Shown here piece by piece: positions 49,825 through 64,000 of a stretch of 64,000 nt of DNA. A program made the translations under genes and the position numbers. Below the pieces are notes generated by a model. The model saw only the letters and a list, made by a program, of their open reading frames with translations, did no database searches and was not told where the DNA came from. The DNA is from Geosiphon pyriformis uo1 (Eukaryota > Fungi > Glomeromycota): positions 186,001 to 250,000 of the forward strand of contig JAAOMT010000566.1 in assembly GCA_016748015.1 (NCBI GenBank), given 5' to 3'. Numbering within the stretch: position 1 is the first letter of the stretch; every line of letters starts with the position of its first letter.

Positions 49825-51886
49825 TAATCTAATCAAGCTTTAATACTGCAAGTCGGCAGTATCTTAGAAAAAATATGAAATGGCTTGTATGGTTCTGGTG
49901 TCATTCCATCTATTGGCTGCAATGGCTTTTCCAACATTGTTTAGCCACACTTGGGCATCATTTTCTTCACTTGTGAACTTTTTGAGTTTTGCTATTGGAG
50001 CATAAGCCATTAGATCCAAGTTTGGTTGTTGTTGTTGTTGTTGTTAGGAGGAGAGATAACTGAATTTGAGGTTGTGGTGGTGGCTGTTGTGGTGCAGCAA
50101 CTGGTGATGAGTTAATAACAATTACTGGGAGTAAGTGTTGTTGATTATTAATGTTGGGATTTGGATTGTTCTGATTTTGCTGATTATCAGGATTAAGATT
50201 GTTCTGATTTTCCTGAGTTTGAATATTTGGGGTTTCAATTTCTGGGTTTTCTACAATTGGATTTTGGTAATTTAATTTCTAATTGTTATCTTCTTTTTCT
50301 TTTAATTTAGTTATCTCCTAGAGATTTGCAGTTTTGAAATCAGATTAAGGTAGTGGTGATCAAAATTCTGATGATATTAGGGATTATGATTTGAATTCTT
50401 TAAAGTAATTGCTGTAAGTTTCCAATAATTCTGCTTTCTTTTATTTACTTTGAAATAGAAGTCATCCAAATGTTGATGTCATGTTTGATGCAGATGCACT
50501 TGCTAATGCAATATTGATGATACTTCTAAGTATGTGATGATATGATGGATATAATGAAGATTCAATTCTTTGTTTTTTTTATGTTGGTAATTGTATTTCT
50601 TTTGAAGTTGTTGTTGGTGTTTGTAACTTTCCTTTACCCTTATTTGCATAGGTAATAAAAAATTATTGTTGAGTATATTTTTCAATTTTTTGATTGATTT
50701 CCCTGATGATTGGTGTAAAACTGTAATTTCGTGGTAAACTGGTGTGTTGAATTAATTCTGCATAAAAATTTTCTCTTGCTGATTCAATGTCAACTGGTCT
50801 TTTTAGAAAATCTGTGATTCTTTTGTTGATGTAAAAATTAAAGACTGATTCTGTTGGATAATGGTTGTTGGTTAAGTCTAATTGTTGGCTGTACTGTTGA
50901 AATAAAAATTTAGCAAATCCTAAATGGTTTGTTTCTATTATTTCTGATTCTGCTATTTTTGGATAATTGTTGTTAGTGCTGGTTCTCTGTAAGATTATAT
51001 TTTACAGGGAGCACCAAATGTTACAAGTGATTATTTGGGGTCTTAAAGCAAATAACAAATCTGTAACTTGGTGCTTAATTGCTATAATAATGTTGATTTC
51101 TGAAGATTGTTGGTATCTGAAGGTTTTTGTGATCTGAAAGTTTGGGTTGAGTTCTTTGTATAATAGACAGAGATTTACTATGGTTGATGTTGGTTAATTT
51201 TTCAAGTCATTTTTTCCAATTTTTGTCTTCAGCATGGTGGCTGGTTTAATCTGGCAGTTATGTCTTTCTGGTAAGCTATCTATTAATATATATATAATTC
51301 TACTCTTATTTCTAGGTCTTTTACCAGGTTATCTGTAACATTAATAACTCAGCACTTTAATTTTTTTAATCAATTAGTACACAATAACAAAAGAAAATAA
51401 AATAAAAAAAATAAAAAAAAGATAAGAGAAAATAAGCCAAGGTAATTGCAAGTTAGTATCTCATCAATAGCTGTAATCAAAAGCTATTGTTTCAGTGTAG
51501 TTAAATATCAATTACTATCAACATGAAATGTTAATAGTAAAGAGTAGATTGAAATAGTGAATAATTATTTATTGATATTTGTAGTGTAGAAGGTTGCTTA
51601 GATTAAATTTAAACTGAAAGGTCTGTCTTTTCTTTTTTTAATACTACCACTATATATACATAATTAAAATTTCTCAATTTCTCAATTTTTTACACCAGGA
51701 ATTCTGCAATTCCTCTTGAGAAAAATTCTGGAATTCTGGGATTCTGTGATTTCTCATATAAAAATTCTGAAATTCTTGGAATCCTGCAATTTCTCTAAGA
51801 GAAATCCTAGAATTCTATATTTACTATGACTACTTCTGATTGACTAATTTATATGCTAATATACTTCTTATATTCTATAAGTAACA
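49825..51886 (-). mobile_element. Truncated Gypsy element C (5' LTR 51019-51886, PBS, gag 5' half)
   Basis: TGTTAC..TAACA LTR, PBS TGGTGCTCCC, gag N-extension, then MAYAPIAKLKKF..VWL..AIAANRWND capsid start; rest absent. Confidence 0.88.
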
Positions 51887-52299
51887 ATGATTAAAAGAGC
51901 CACTACTTTTCTTTTTATTGTTGTCTTTCTGTTAAAGAAAAACAACAGTAAAAACATTTGATACACCAACAAAAGCACAAATAAAGCCCAAGTTTAATAA
52001 GATTAAAAACACATTAAAAGAATATTAAATACATAAAATTATCTAGAAAATACTTGTAATATTTTGGCCAAAATTAATAGTCAACTTAAAAATCAAGAAT
52101 AGGCTTTCTATATCTTTAGAAAAATAATCTTTAATCAATATTATTTTATAAATACTAATTTTGTTGAAATTTATCTTTTATTTTAATTTTCTTTGAATTT
52201 ATTAGAAATAAGATACTGCTTTATTATAAGCGAAAAAATACAGATATTTAATATTAGTATAAGATAAAAAAAGTATTTCTGTAAGAGTTTTAAAGAAAA

Positions 52300-54560
52300 A
52301 CACAATTAAAAGTATAAAAATATGACAAAAATTCTTTTTAAAGAACTAGTATACCAATGGCTATTAACAGTAATTTTGACAAAAACATTATATTATATAC
52401 TAAAATCTAATAATAAAAATACTTACTAGAAAAAATTATTTAATATCTGCTAGAAAGTTAAAAAAACTTACTAAGCAAATCTTTAGATTTTTTAATAAAA
52501 AAATAGTAATAATATATTAAACAGAAATCTAATATAAATTAAAACAATGTTAACCAAAACTAATATACTTATTTTTACATTAAAATTAAATAATTCACTA
52601 TATTATTACTTGATCTAAAAAGCCATAGAAATTAATTATAATATAACCACTAGAAAAAGGAAAAAACACTTATAATATCAAACTTGAAAATTTATATTTC
52701 ATAAAATTTATTAGCAATTTATAACTTAATACTAAATCTTAACTTTGTTTTCATAATTATAGAAATTATATAATCAAAACTAATATACCAATAAATAAAG
52801 TCTTTTTATTTTGTAAAAATGTTTATATTTCTTATATTATATATTACTATTTTTTAAACAAAATTAGTTATTAAATAAAAAAATTGTTCAAACTCAAACC
52901 AATATTATCTACTTTAATCAACAGATCTATTACTATTTTTAGTCTAATAATATTTATTAATAATAAGAAAACCTTTATATTTATAGTTTTATCATTAGTA
53001 ATTGTACTCAAACTTTTACTTATTGCTATATTTGTTTCTTAATTTTACAATAAAAAAGTTATTAATGACTAACTTTTAAGGCATAACTAGAAAATTATTG
53101 GCATAAATATATTTAATTTCTTAGCCAACTTACTAATTTGTTTTGTAAAATCAATAAAACTGTATTTTAAAACTATAAACCTATTATTAATATCTAAGAT
53201 ATTTAGTAAAAAATACTTTATTTTCCAAAAAAATATCAATTTTTAATAAAAAATTTTATACAAAAAAGAAAAAAACAAAAAATTATTAATGATTTTTGCC
53301 TAAAAAACACCATTAAAAGACATTAAACAAACAATAAAAAGTAAATATTTGGCATAAATAACAGTCAACTTGTTTTTATTTGTCTTTAAAAAAACTTTAT
53401 AAAGAAAACTGTTTATAGAAAATTTTTTATTATTGGCACAATTAATTAACATATATCTTATTTTCTCATATTTAGCATACTTGACTAAACTCAACTAAGA
53501 TCAATACAGATTGGTGTTTCTTAATACTAGTGTAGTTTTTATAACAGTATTCAATAAATTAACAGAATTAAAGTATATTATAATATATTTGGCTTAGACA
53601 TATATAGCTAAATAATAATTAATTACATAAGTTTTTTTATTTATTGATTTAATAAAGTTTTAAATATCATAAATATTTACTAGCAGTATATAAAACAGTA
53701 TTTTATTATAGTTTCTTGTATTTTATGTTTCCTTATTCATATTAATCTTAGTAATATATATAGCATTTTTTTTATTAAAATAAATTAATTTGCTGTAACC
53801 AAATTAACATGATCTAATTAAATAAATTTTATTATAGTTTTTTATTATAGTTCTACTAATTGTATCTTGATCAATCTAATTTTATTAAATTTAAATAGCA
53901 TAGTATACACAGTTTTAATTGATGTTTTAATTAAGATTTTTTAATTATTATAGTCTAATTTAAGCATTTAGCCAATTTTTTAAAATTGATATTAACCAAA
54001 ATTTTTGCACTTTTTGTCTTATTTAATATTAATATCAAACTTAATTCAGAAATAAATATTATATTGATAATCTCAGCAAATTTTAAGAAAATAAACATTT
54101 TTTTAAAACCATTAATATCTGAAAATAATTTTTTAATAATATTAAACTTTTCTTAAACTGATTTTTTTTCAATTACTTCCAAATTCAAATCCAAAGCAAA
54201 TAATTTCTTGATTAAAATCTGAACCAAATTTTTGAAAAAAAAGACAACAAAATCTTTTTATTTGTATTATTATCTGTGAATTTTTTCCATAGAACAATAG
54301 AACTAAAATTATTAATATTATTACTTAAAATATTATTTTTATGCTTTTTTTTTAAAAACAAACTATTTTTACTCAAGTTAATACTAATACTTTTAACAAA
54401 TTTTTTTTATAACTATAATACTACTGCTATTAATAATCTTGTTATTAAACATAAACAGTTTAGAAATATTAAATTAAATAATAAAAATAAATAATAAACA
54501 AAAAAATATAACAAAAACAAAAAACTTTTTTAAAATAAAATTTTTTAAGGAATTCAAAAA
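52300..54560 (-). mobile_element. LINE copy L5, extremely decayed ORF1/endonuclease remnant
   Basis: Reverse complement of 53460-53550 (aaaactacactagtattaagaaacaccaatctg...) matches L1 1628-1700; order of blocks is collinear; boundaries approximate. Confidence 0.7.
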
Positions 54561-55049
54561 GAATAAAAGAAAAACATTTTGTTTTTACATTATTAAAACT
54601 ATATACAAATTAAAAAATAGTCTTAATAAAAGTCAATTTGATCCTAAAAAAAAGTATTAAATATTAAAATAAAAACTATTTATTTAAAATTTTTTTAATA
54701 ATTAATAATTATTTTTCAAATACTATTAAAAACAATACTATTAAAAAACAGTAAATTTAGTTTTTATTTAATTATTTTTATTTTTAAGATTAAATAATTT
54801 AATAAATTAATTAAAAAATATGTAGTTTTATATATAATTTCTAATTTTTAATATTATTATTGTATTTTATTAAATTATATAAATAATAAAATATTTACTA
54901 AATTTATAAAAAAAATTTAATATAATAAATTATTAAGAATAATTAAAAATCTGTCAAATAATAAGACTGTTAATTTGTTTAATATTATAAATAAGCTATA
55001 AAAATATTGTTATAAGTTTGGTTTAAGTTTATTAATAAATTATTTAAAT

Positions 55050-55920
55050 ATTATTACTTATAAAATAATATAAAAAAATAATTAATATACCATAAATTAG
55101 ATAATTATATCTTAAAAATTATTAAATAATATAATACAAAAATTCTAAAAATATTAAATAAAATTTCAAAAATTTCAAAAATATTATAAATTATAAAAAT
55201 ACTTGTAAAAATACCAAAAATTCTAAACAATATGTAAAAATAGCCAAAAATTTTAAGAGTATAATATTGTAAAAATTTATATATATATAATAATAATATT
55301 AAAAAAATTATTAATTCAATTTAAAAATTAGTAATTTATTATCTATTTATTTATTAAAATTATTAAAATACATAAATTATTGTTTATCTTATTAATATTA
55401 TTTATTTTTAATATTTGGCTTAATAAAACAACAAAAATTAATAGCATCTATGTAAAAAATTCAATAATATTAAAACAATAACTTTTAATTATAGCTATTA
55501 ATAAAATATTAATTTTTTATTTTTATTTATTTTTATTGTTATTTTTTTTGTTTATTGTTTATTTGTTTTGAATTAATTAATTAAAAAATATTAAAATTAA
55601 AATATTATAAATTATTTAATAAAAAGCACAAATATAAACATAAAATTAATTTATTAATAATTATATTATTTACTAAAAAGATAAAAAACATTAAAATAAA
55701 TTAATTATTATATTAAAAAAATAAAACACTAAGTATTGTTAACTATTAAAACTTAAATATTTGTTTATTATATAAAAAACTTATTTATTAAAACTTTTAA
55801 ATTAATCAAAACTTTTAAATTCTATTATTTAATTTTTAATATTAATTTATAAATTATTAAATTATATATTTTTCTATAATAATACTTATTTAATAAATAA
55901 TTTTGTTCTTAAAATATGAA
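55050..55920 (+). mobile_element. Ghost LTR of family C
   Basis: aaaacaataacttttaattatagctattaataaaatattaa (55472) and atttgtttattatataaaaaact (55759) align to LTR 1737-2627 mostly by C>T/G>A changes. Confidence 0.6.
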
Positions 55921-56201
55921 AAAATACATGAATATATATAATAAAAATTTGGTAAATTGTATTAAAAAATTTATTTAACTTATAAAAACTATATTATATA
56001 TTAAATTTAAATAATTTTTATTTAAAATTTAAATTACAAAAAAATATATTCTATTTGTTTATATAAATCTTGTTTTTAATAAAACTTTAATATATACTTT
56101 TAAAATTATAACAAAAATTTATTTTTAAATTGTAATTTAATTAACAAATATTAATCAACTATTTTAAAAATTTTGCAAATATATTTAGCTATAATTTTAA
56201 A

Positions 56202-59200
56202 TTTTTTTTTTTTTATTATGTATTTTATGAGTGAAGTCCAACTACTGTCTAGTATACAGAGCCAAACTAAGAGACCCAGACTAAATACAGCTCATGCACT
56301 TACTACATATGACTAGCCACTCAGGCCAGACAAGGCAACACTACATATCTACAATAACATGAGGATTGAAATCCAAACCAGAAAAGAAAAGTTTAGGCCT
56401 ATGACAGCCAAAGCTAACAGAAAAAGAATCCAAAATACCAAGCATCCGAACCACATCATTAAACAATACAGATATCTTGCAACATGACAAACCTGATATT
56501 ACCCCATTATCTCCAACTAAACTAGCCTTTTTCATGTTCATTCTATAACTAGACCTTACCAGCCAAACTCTACTATGATATAGCTTAACAATACTCCTTA
56601 CAAAATTGACAACAACACCAACAGCCATCTTCTTGACTTCAAAAACCCCAACAGCCTCTAAGCACTAATCACTCATGACAAATCTCTCACACAAAACCAA
56701 ATACAAGCCAACATCTAAGGAACAACAACCAAGAAACTGCAGAACAGCAGAAGAGAATAAAACACAAAAACTCACCAAAGAAACCCAAGACACAGCGGCC
56801 TCAGCAAAAATCTCTTCTTGGACACCAGCATCCATGGCACAAAAAAACACATGATTGGGCAACTCCACCTCCCTACACAACAAGCACAGCACACCAGGGT
56901 AATTCTTATCATATAACTTCTTTCGAACAGCCACAGGGAATTAATAGTGCACAGCCTTTATCAAATACAACTGCAGCACAGAAAACTTTTGGCTAGTAGA
57001 CCCAGTAAGCATGTGTAAGTCAGGGTGCCACACTCTTGAGGTAGCATTTCAGTCCATATATTCAATCAAACTACCCTGAATTATATTACAACTAGGCCCA
57101 GCCTCCTAACATGTCCAGCATACAGACCTAAACAGATCCCTAACAAAATGGTGGGCATTGTCAGACACAACCATACTCTTAGCAATCAAAAGCCATTTTT
57201 GCATTCCAATAGGCAAGAAAAATTGAGAACATGTAGCAGCACCAGCAACAGTGTCAGCTTTAATGTTGCCATAAACACCAGAATAATTTTTAACTTTGAC
57301 CCAACTTATGCTCAAATCTTTCTCTCTAATCAAATTAAAAATGTAATGTCTTTCTACTCAACATGGAACCCGGAAATCAGGCACCAGATGAAACAACTCA
57401 GAGACACATGTGTTAATGACAGCTTGGCTATCAAGATGTATTGTTATTGCACTAGAAGATGGAACACATTCCAATGCCAAAGCAACAGTCTGCAACTTGG
57501 CCAAAGTGGAAGACATCAAACCACGGACTCTAACACCAATACTACAATCAATAGCAGAAAAATATTTAGCAGCACTACCAGCAACATTAAAAGAGCCAAA
57601 ATCTTTCAGCAAGCCATCTGTAAAAATCTCAAAAAGACCAGACTGTAACTTGTGTAAACTACTATGCAAATCAGAAAACTCCTTAGAAGCCAGAATGTCC
57701 AAACCAAAAAGTTGATTGGTTCTAGCCAGACCAGATAACAAAGCACTACCATCATGCAAAAACCCAGATGTGAAATTGAACCAATAAAAAACAAACCCTC
57801 TTGAATCGAGCCTTTTCTACTGGTGAAAAGTCTTCCAATCCATCACACGACCCTTCTTGTCAAGTAATCTGTCTCCAAAGACAACACTGAACTGTTTTAA
57901 AGAACAAACAGAACCAAAATAAAAAGCACTCTCTAGCACCAATAACATAGGAAAATTACCAGGATTACAAAAAGCGCAAGACAGATTATTTGCCAGGGAC
58001 AGCTCATTACCCAAAAAAATCTTAACCATACCAGCCAAAAAATTGTTCACAGAACTAACATGCAACTTGACAGGGAATTGCAGAGGATCCAAAGGAGCCC
58101 AACCCAAAATCTGCAAATCCAAGAATCTATGATTAAACAAATACCCCAAAATGCCCAAAGCATTAGAAAACATGACCACAGCAGCCAATTTGCTCTTAGC
58201 CTGTATCTGTTCGAAAGATTTCAAGCCATACAATAAAAGATGATGCAAAGCTGCATCAGAGAAGTCATAAAGAAGACCAGCTTTAAGCTTAAGGCCCTTC
58301 CTGACCAAGGCATCTCACTTGCAACACACATTCAAAGAAACAAAACTGAATTGAGTATGGTAGTTAACAATAGGCTGTAAGACAGCCAACACTAAATACG
58401 AGAACTGCTTATCCGTGATAGCCTTTCTGAGCACTATATTGGCAAAAAAATGAACATCCAAATGGGCCTTGGCCAAACTAGGCCTAGACAAGTCCTCTGT
58501 TAACAAAAAAATCCCCAAATATCTGTGTGCTTTGCCTCTTTTGGCAATAGAAATTGGCTGCCTATTAATATCCAGAGAAGCAACCTTAACACCCTGATTA
58601 ATAGGAATGGCCACAGTTTTTTTACTATTGATAGAAATATCATTAATTGAAAAGAAATTGCTAGCAATGTCTAAGGCATACTGCATTGATGTCTAACAAT
58701 CTCCAACCCAAATAGTGTCATCAATAAATGCTTCAGCCGCAAAAAAAAGACATCCTACTACCACTCTCAATCCTGCCCAATTTAGCCACAAACTTAGTAT
58801 TAATCCGATACCCATATAGATGCCTTTTAACTTCACACAATAGCAGATCATAAAAAATCCTCCAAAGAAAGAGTGAAAAAACTTCACTCTGATCCAAACC
58901 ATCATGTATTCTATAATCATTTGAGAGGCCAAAATTGGTCATTATCCTGTTAATTCTATCTTCATAGATACTGCCAAAAAACTTGATAAATCTGCCACAC
59001 ATCTTGATATGCCACAGGCTAGTCTTTAAGTGGTACCAATCAACAGAATCATACACCTTATGCATATCTTACAAAACCAACCAAAGTTCCTTATTTTTTT
59101 TAAGAGTATTTTCAACTACTGACCCAACAGCAAACACCAGAACCTGAGTAGAGGTACCCTTTAATACCAAAAAATTGTCATCATGAAGGACACCAAACTT

Positions 59201-62200
59201 GCTACAAGTGAAAGAAATTCGATCAAAAAGAATCTTTCTGGCTGTTTCAATTAAAGCAATAGAATGAGTATTTGTAAGAATTCTATTCCAATCATAAGGT
59301 TTAGGGATCATCAAAACCCATGCTTTCTTCCATAAGGCAGGCACCATACCAACAAAAAAACATTTATTCAACAGCACCAAAAGACACTTCATCACACTTT
59401 TGTCACCATGCTTTCAAAGTTTGTTCAGAATGCCAGACAAGCCAGTGGCTTTGCCATCAGACAGACCACCAACAACTACAAACAACTCACTCATGCCAAT
59501 TGCATCTATCACACCAGAAAAAGCATTATTTTTAACATAGTTTAATAGTGCATACTGGTAAGTTCAAAGATCAAACAGTGCAAAAGGCACTACATATTTC
59601 CTTGTCCAACCTTCCATGATCCTGTCAACATTCAATCTTACCCCATCTGAATCCAACACCAGCTTATCATCAACCACTAAGTGATCCAACACCACCTTCT
59701 GAAAAGGTCTATTCAAAACACTTCTGATCATACTGCCCTTGTCCAAACAAAACTTTTCTATATATTTCTTAATAGCTGCTCTAATAGAAGCCTTCTGTGC
59801 CAATTTCGATTCATACATTTTGGACTTCCTGTATTTTTTTCTTACAGTTGACAAATATTTAAGAATGTTTATTATTTTACAATCAGCATAAACTATGTCT
59901 CTTAACACAAGAGCTTTATCAGCATCCAAAGTTGACCATTTTTCAACAAGACGATCAAATCTGAAAGTGTCACCAGATTCCAACCTCTTGACAATCTTGG
60001 CAACCAAAAATTCCAATTCCAGAAATTTAGAAGACTGCTTATTTTTTGAACACTGAAAATCACTAAACCAAAGTCTAGAAAAGATTTTATCTGCAGAATT
60101 CACCAACACTCCTTCCAGTAGTGACCATATAACATCTAAATTATGATCCACAGCTGTGGTAAAAAACCTATTTTTTATCATCAGAATCCTAGCAGAGAAG
60201 CAATCTCTAAAGTGAAACCACTCAGCACTGTTCACATTCTTGATTTTGAACTTCCAATGATTCTTGTTAGCTTGTTTGTGCAAACCATTTAACTGAACAT
60301 CCAGGAGCCCACCCAGACCAACTGATACCACCACAGCATTGTGGTCTGTATCAAAAAAATCAGAAACAGAACTGACCCAATGTTTCACAACAGCAGAAAA
60401 TAGACTCTCACTAATAAAAATGTAATCAATGATTCTCTCAGCACCTCTTGAATTGCACCACGTAGGAGTTTTAATCAAATAATGACCATTAAACAAATTA
60501 ACTAGATCCAAACTTAAGCAGAACTTGAAACTCACACTTTTTCCAGACCCGCTCTCATTAAAATCTCCACCCAAGACCACAAAAGTACTGGTATTAACAG
60601 TCTTTGCAATGATAGAGTTAACCTCAAAGTCTTGCCCAAAATGGATGTCAGCAGAAACACCAGCGTACAAACTGAGAACAGACACCGAGAGCTTGCTTTT
60701 AAACAGAAAATGTACTGAAATAACCCAACCAGGAACTATCTCAATCTTAGAAACATGATGAGCCAAAGAATTGTTCATGACAACAGCAACATCAGCACCA
60801 AAATGCCCAACATCCAAACCAGAAGTAAAAATCTGAACTCCATCATATTTATCCTTGATCCAAAGTTCAGAGGAAGACTTCAACTTTGTCTCAGTAATAA
60901 AAAAAACTGTATTCCCAAAACTTATATGCTAGTAAACAACATCTACTTGCTTTGCAGAAACATTGATACCCCTAATGTTGCATGCAGCTATTTTCCAAAC
61001 CAAACCACTCATAAGGATGAAAAAAGTAATAGGGAGCCAGAGCCAGAACACAAATAATCCAATCTGTTTAACACTGAACTAATTGAAGCTTCCAGAGACA
61101 TCATCTTTAATTCTAATCCACCCACCTTGGTGGTTAGAATCTTGGAGCTACTCGAACTGAAACCAGAAGTATCATCAACAACAGCAGAAAGAGAGGGAGC
61201 AAAAGGCTCTGGTGCACCATCCAAAACCATATCCAAAATAACTTCTGAAGCCAAAGTTGTAGAAACAGCCAAAGGAAGCTCATAAGAAACAGATGGCAAT
61301 GGCACTAGTTTCACAAAGCTCAACTTTCTCACAATATCAGAAACCTGATCGGTTAAAAGCTCCAAAAACCATTTTAAAAATGCCAAGTGATCAAACAAAC
61401 TAGAAACACCATGCGGATCAGCACTGTTAAAAAAAGACCAAGCACCAATAGAAGATTTAGCACCAGAAGACAGACCAGCACTTAAAGGAGATGAGAAACC
61501 CAAAAAAGAAAAGAAACTGTCCACAACTTGAACCCAAGTTTTGCCACCGAAAAAAACTGGGCGAATGATAGACGCCTACTTTCTTTTATAAATGTTGGCC
61601 AGGTGAACCTGATCCTAATCAGTTACCACCTGCTTCCCACGAATTCCAGAATTCTTACCAACTGAACACATGTCAGATATATGACCAAATTGTTTATATT
61701 TGGTGCAACAAGTCAGAGAAAGACCAGCTCAGTGCAAATTCACATCCTTATAAACTGGAATAGAACCAATAGCAACCAATTTGGATGCCTCATTCTCAAA
61801 ACAAATTACTACACATCTATTACATACATAAGAACTAGAATTGCAATCAATAAAACAGATCTTCTCACTATATAATTCAAGTGAACCAAACAAATCATGA
61901 GTAGTGGTACCAACTGGTAAAGTATAGAACAAAGCCCTATGCTGATCCCTAAATATCCAAGATTGTTTATCTTCTATTGTCAAGGCAACTCACACAGAAT
62001 TTTTTCCCATGAAAACCAACCACTTGAAAGCAACTGAATTAGCTACTTCAGATAATTCATATTTGACCAAAGCTTTTTGTCATAGGCCAATCAATTGCAT
62101 CTTAATTGATACAATCTTTCTAAACTTAAAGAAAACAGATTCCACAGCTGATTTGGGAAGATCAACTAGAATTTTCTTAACAATAATTACTCAATTTGTA

Positions 62201-63120
62201 TGTTTATTTACTTGTCTAACATCATTATTTACCACAATTTTCTCATGAATTGCCAATTTCTTAGTCTTTTTCAGACTCAATTTGGACGTGAAAAAAGATT
62301 TGATGATCCCAGAAAATTTTAAGAGAGTCGATGCTCCCCCAAAACCATCAATTTGATAAAAAATTTTTTTTACTGCCATTAATTTATCACCATTAGTCTT
62401 TTCAGACACAGCAGCCAAATCCACATCCAAAGCAAACAATCTAACTGGCTTAAAGCTACAACTTTCCAAAACATGTGAGTTGGCTGACAGCAGCTGATTG
62501 AACCCAGCAAACTTAGGCTTAGGAAGTACCAACTTAGCATCGTCATCACTTAAGTTTCTGAAGGAAGGTGTTTTCAGCAGCAGTCTCAAAATATAGGTCT
62601 TTGTTTGTGTTTTTCTAGGCGTCGCATCATCCACTATGTCATCAGTCTTATAAGTATTGGAATCCACATAACTTGTCTCTTCAGTCACCATGTTGCCCAT
62701 GTTCTCAACATCAGACACCTCACTAATACTGGCATCTTCACTTTCAACTTTGTTGTCCCAAAACACTTTGTGTTCATCACAGTCCATTTGCAAAACGTTT
62801 TCAGGGATAGGTTCAGCTGATAAGTCCACCACAATTCCAGTAGCAATGGGTTTTTTTGATTTTTTGTATAAAGAATCCCGAGCATAGACACTTTCAACTC
62901 GCGCTTTTTTTTTAGACTCAGACTGGAATCCCAACTCAGCCAAACCAGTACCAGAACCACCAGCAAAAGAGCCTACTGGTTTTATTACAACAAAATGGGG
63001 TATGTTAGAAAAAATAACTAAAGATAATAAGAGGGAATGGAAAAGAAAAAAGCTAAATCTTCGGCAATACAAATGCTCTCATCATGGTTAGGAGATTAAC
63101 AAGAGAAAAAAACTTTTTTT
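56202..63120 (-). mobile_element. LINE copy L6, full length, decayed (ORF1 ~63000-61009, ORF2 61012-56341)
   Basis: APE 59564-60883, AFIDDT, RNase H FTDG..DSQ, CLLC..HVFFC, 3'UTR, T-run 56202-56214, ATGA ORF1/ORF2 overlap. Confidence 0.93.
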
Positions 63121-64000
63121 TAATTTAATATTTAATATAAAAATCTTTATATTTTAAATTTGTTAATAATATATAATTTAATTTGGTTTTTATACTATTT
63201 AATTTTAATATAAATAAGTTAAAAACACTAAAATTTAAAAACAATAAATTATTAGTTCTATTAAAAAAAATTATTTAAAATTAAACCTGAATTTAATATT
63301 AATATTAAAGAAAAAACTGAAATATATATTTAAAAAGCAAACAAAAACAAAATATTTAACTTAAAAAATAGTTTTAAAATTTTATTCAAAAATAATTTCA
63401 ATTTTTTTTAAAGCAAATAATAAAAAACTTGAAAAATTACCAATTAAACTTATATTAAAACCATTAATAATATTAAATCTATTATTTAATAATGCTATTT
63501 AAGTTTAAAATTTGTTATTAAAAACAATAAATTAAAAAATAAAAAAATTTATTTTATATATATATTAATAAATTAAATATAATTAACAAATAATAGTATA
63601 TATTTGATAAATTTTTTGGGTCAATTTTTAAAAAAATTACATTTTAATAATAAGTCTAATTTAATTTAATTTATAATAAATTTATTCTATTAAATACAAA
63701 ATAGTATAATAAGTTTTTTAAATTAGTTTTATTTTTAAAACAAACAATAATATAGCTTATTTTGTTATTTATAATAAAAGTATAATTGATAACACAAGTT
63801 TTTTTACCCATTTTTTTTACAAATCTTTAAAATTATGAACAATAATACATATTGGCAAAGTAAATAACACAGTTTTGAATCTATTAAGTTGTTTTTAAGT
63901 TTTATTATTTTTAATTGTCTTAACAATACAAACAAAGTTCTTATTAATCAAAATTAATCAACTAAAACCCAAAAAATTAGCTATTTTAATATGACAAAAT

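Noticed and set aside
63121-64000. Origin/centromere-like AT tract (also 1-400 and 12960-14200)
   Set aside because: No periodic structure; similar tracts elsewhere are demonstrably eroded TEs

Overview
AT-rich eukaryotic DNA with short GT-AG introns. It looks fungal, and the TE protein style recalls Glomeromycotina/Geosiphon-type genomes, but that is inference. About 85-90% of the window is nested, decayed retroelements. There are six copies of an APE-RT-RNase H LINE family. Two full-length Ty3/Gypsy elements (A 20014-29932 and B 32185-41642, minus strand, 4-bp TSDs) are inserted in the same LINE. A second Gypsy family appears as a truncated element (C) and several solo or ghost LTRs. A CpG-rich host island (~14.3-19.5 kb) holds an intact two-exon DUF3020 gene and an apparently pseudogenised Cep57/Ppc89-like spindle-pole-body gene preceded by tandem MCB boxes. 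The most unusual system is the architecture of the Gypsy elements. Gag has an ATG-less N-terminal helical extension, whose frame in element C runs out of the LTR across the PBS. Pol carries a Cys-rich unknown domain plus a dUTPase between protease and RT, and it stops right after RNase H. Integrase is a separate ORF with its own ATG, and a conserved non-Env third ORF runs through the PPT into the 3' LTR. The integrase ORFs (A and B) and ORF3 (visible only in A) are preceded by splice-acceptor-like sites, suggesting a complex, spliced retrotransposon. TE copies show a graded C>T/G>A erosion that ends in nearly pure-AT ghosts.
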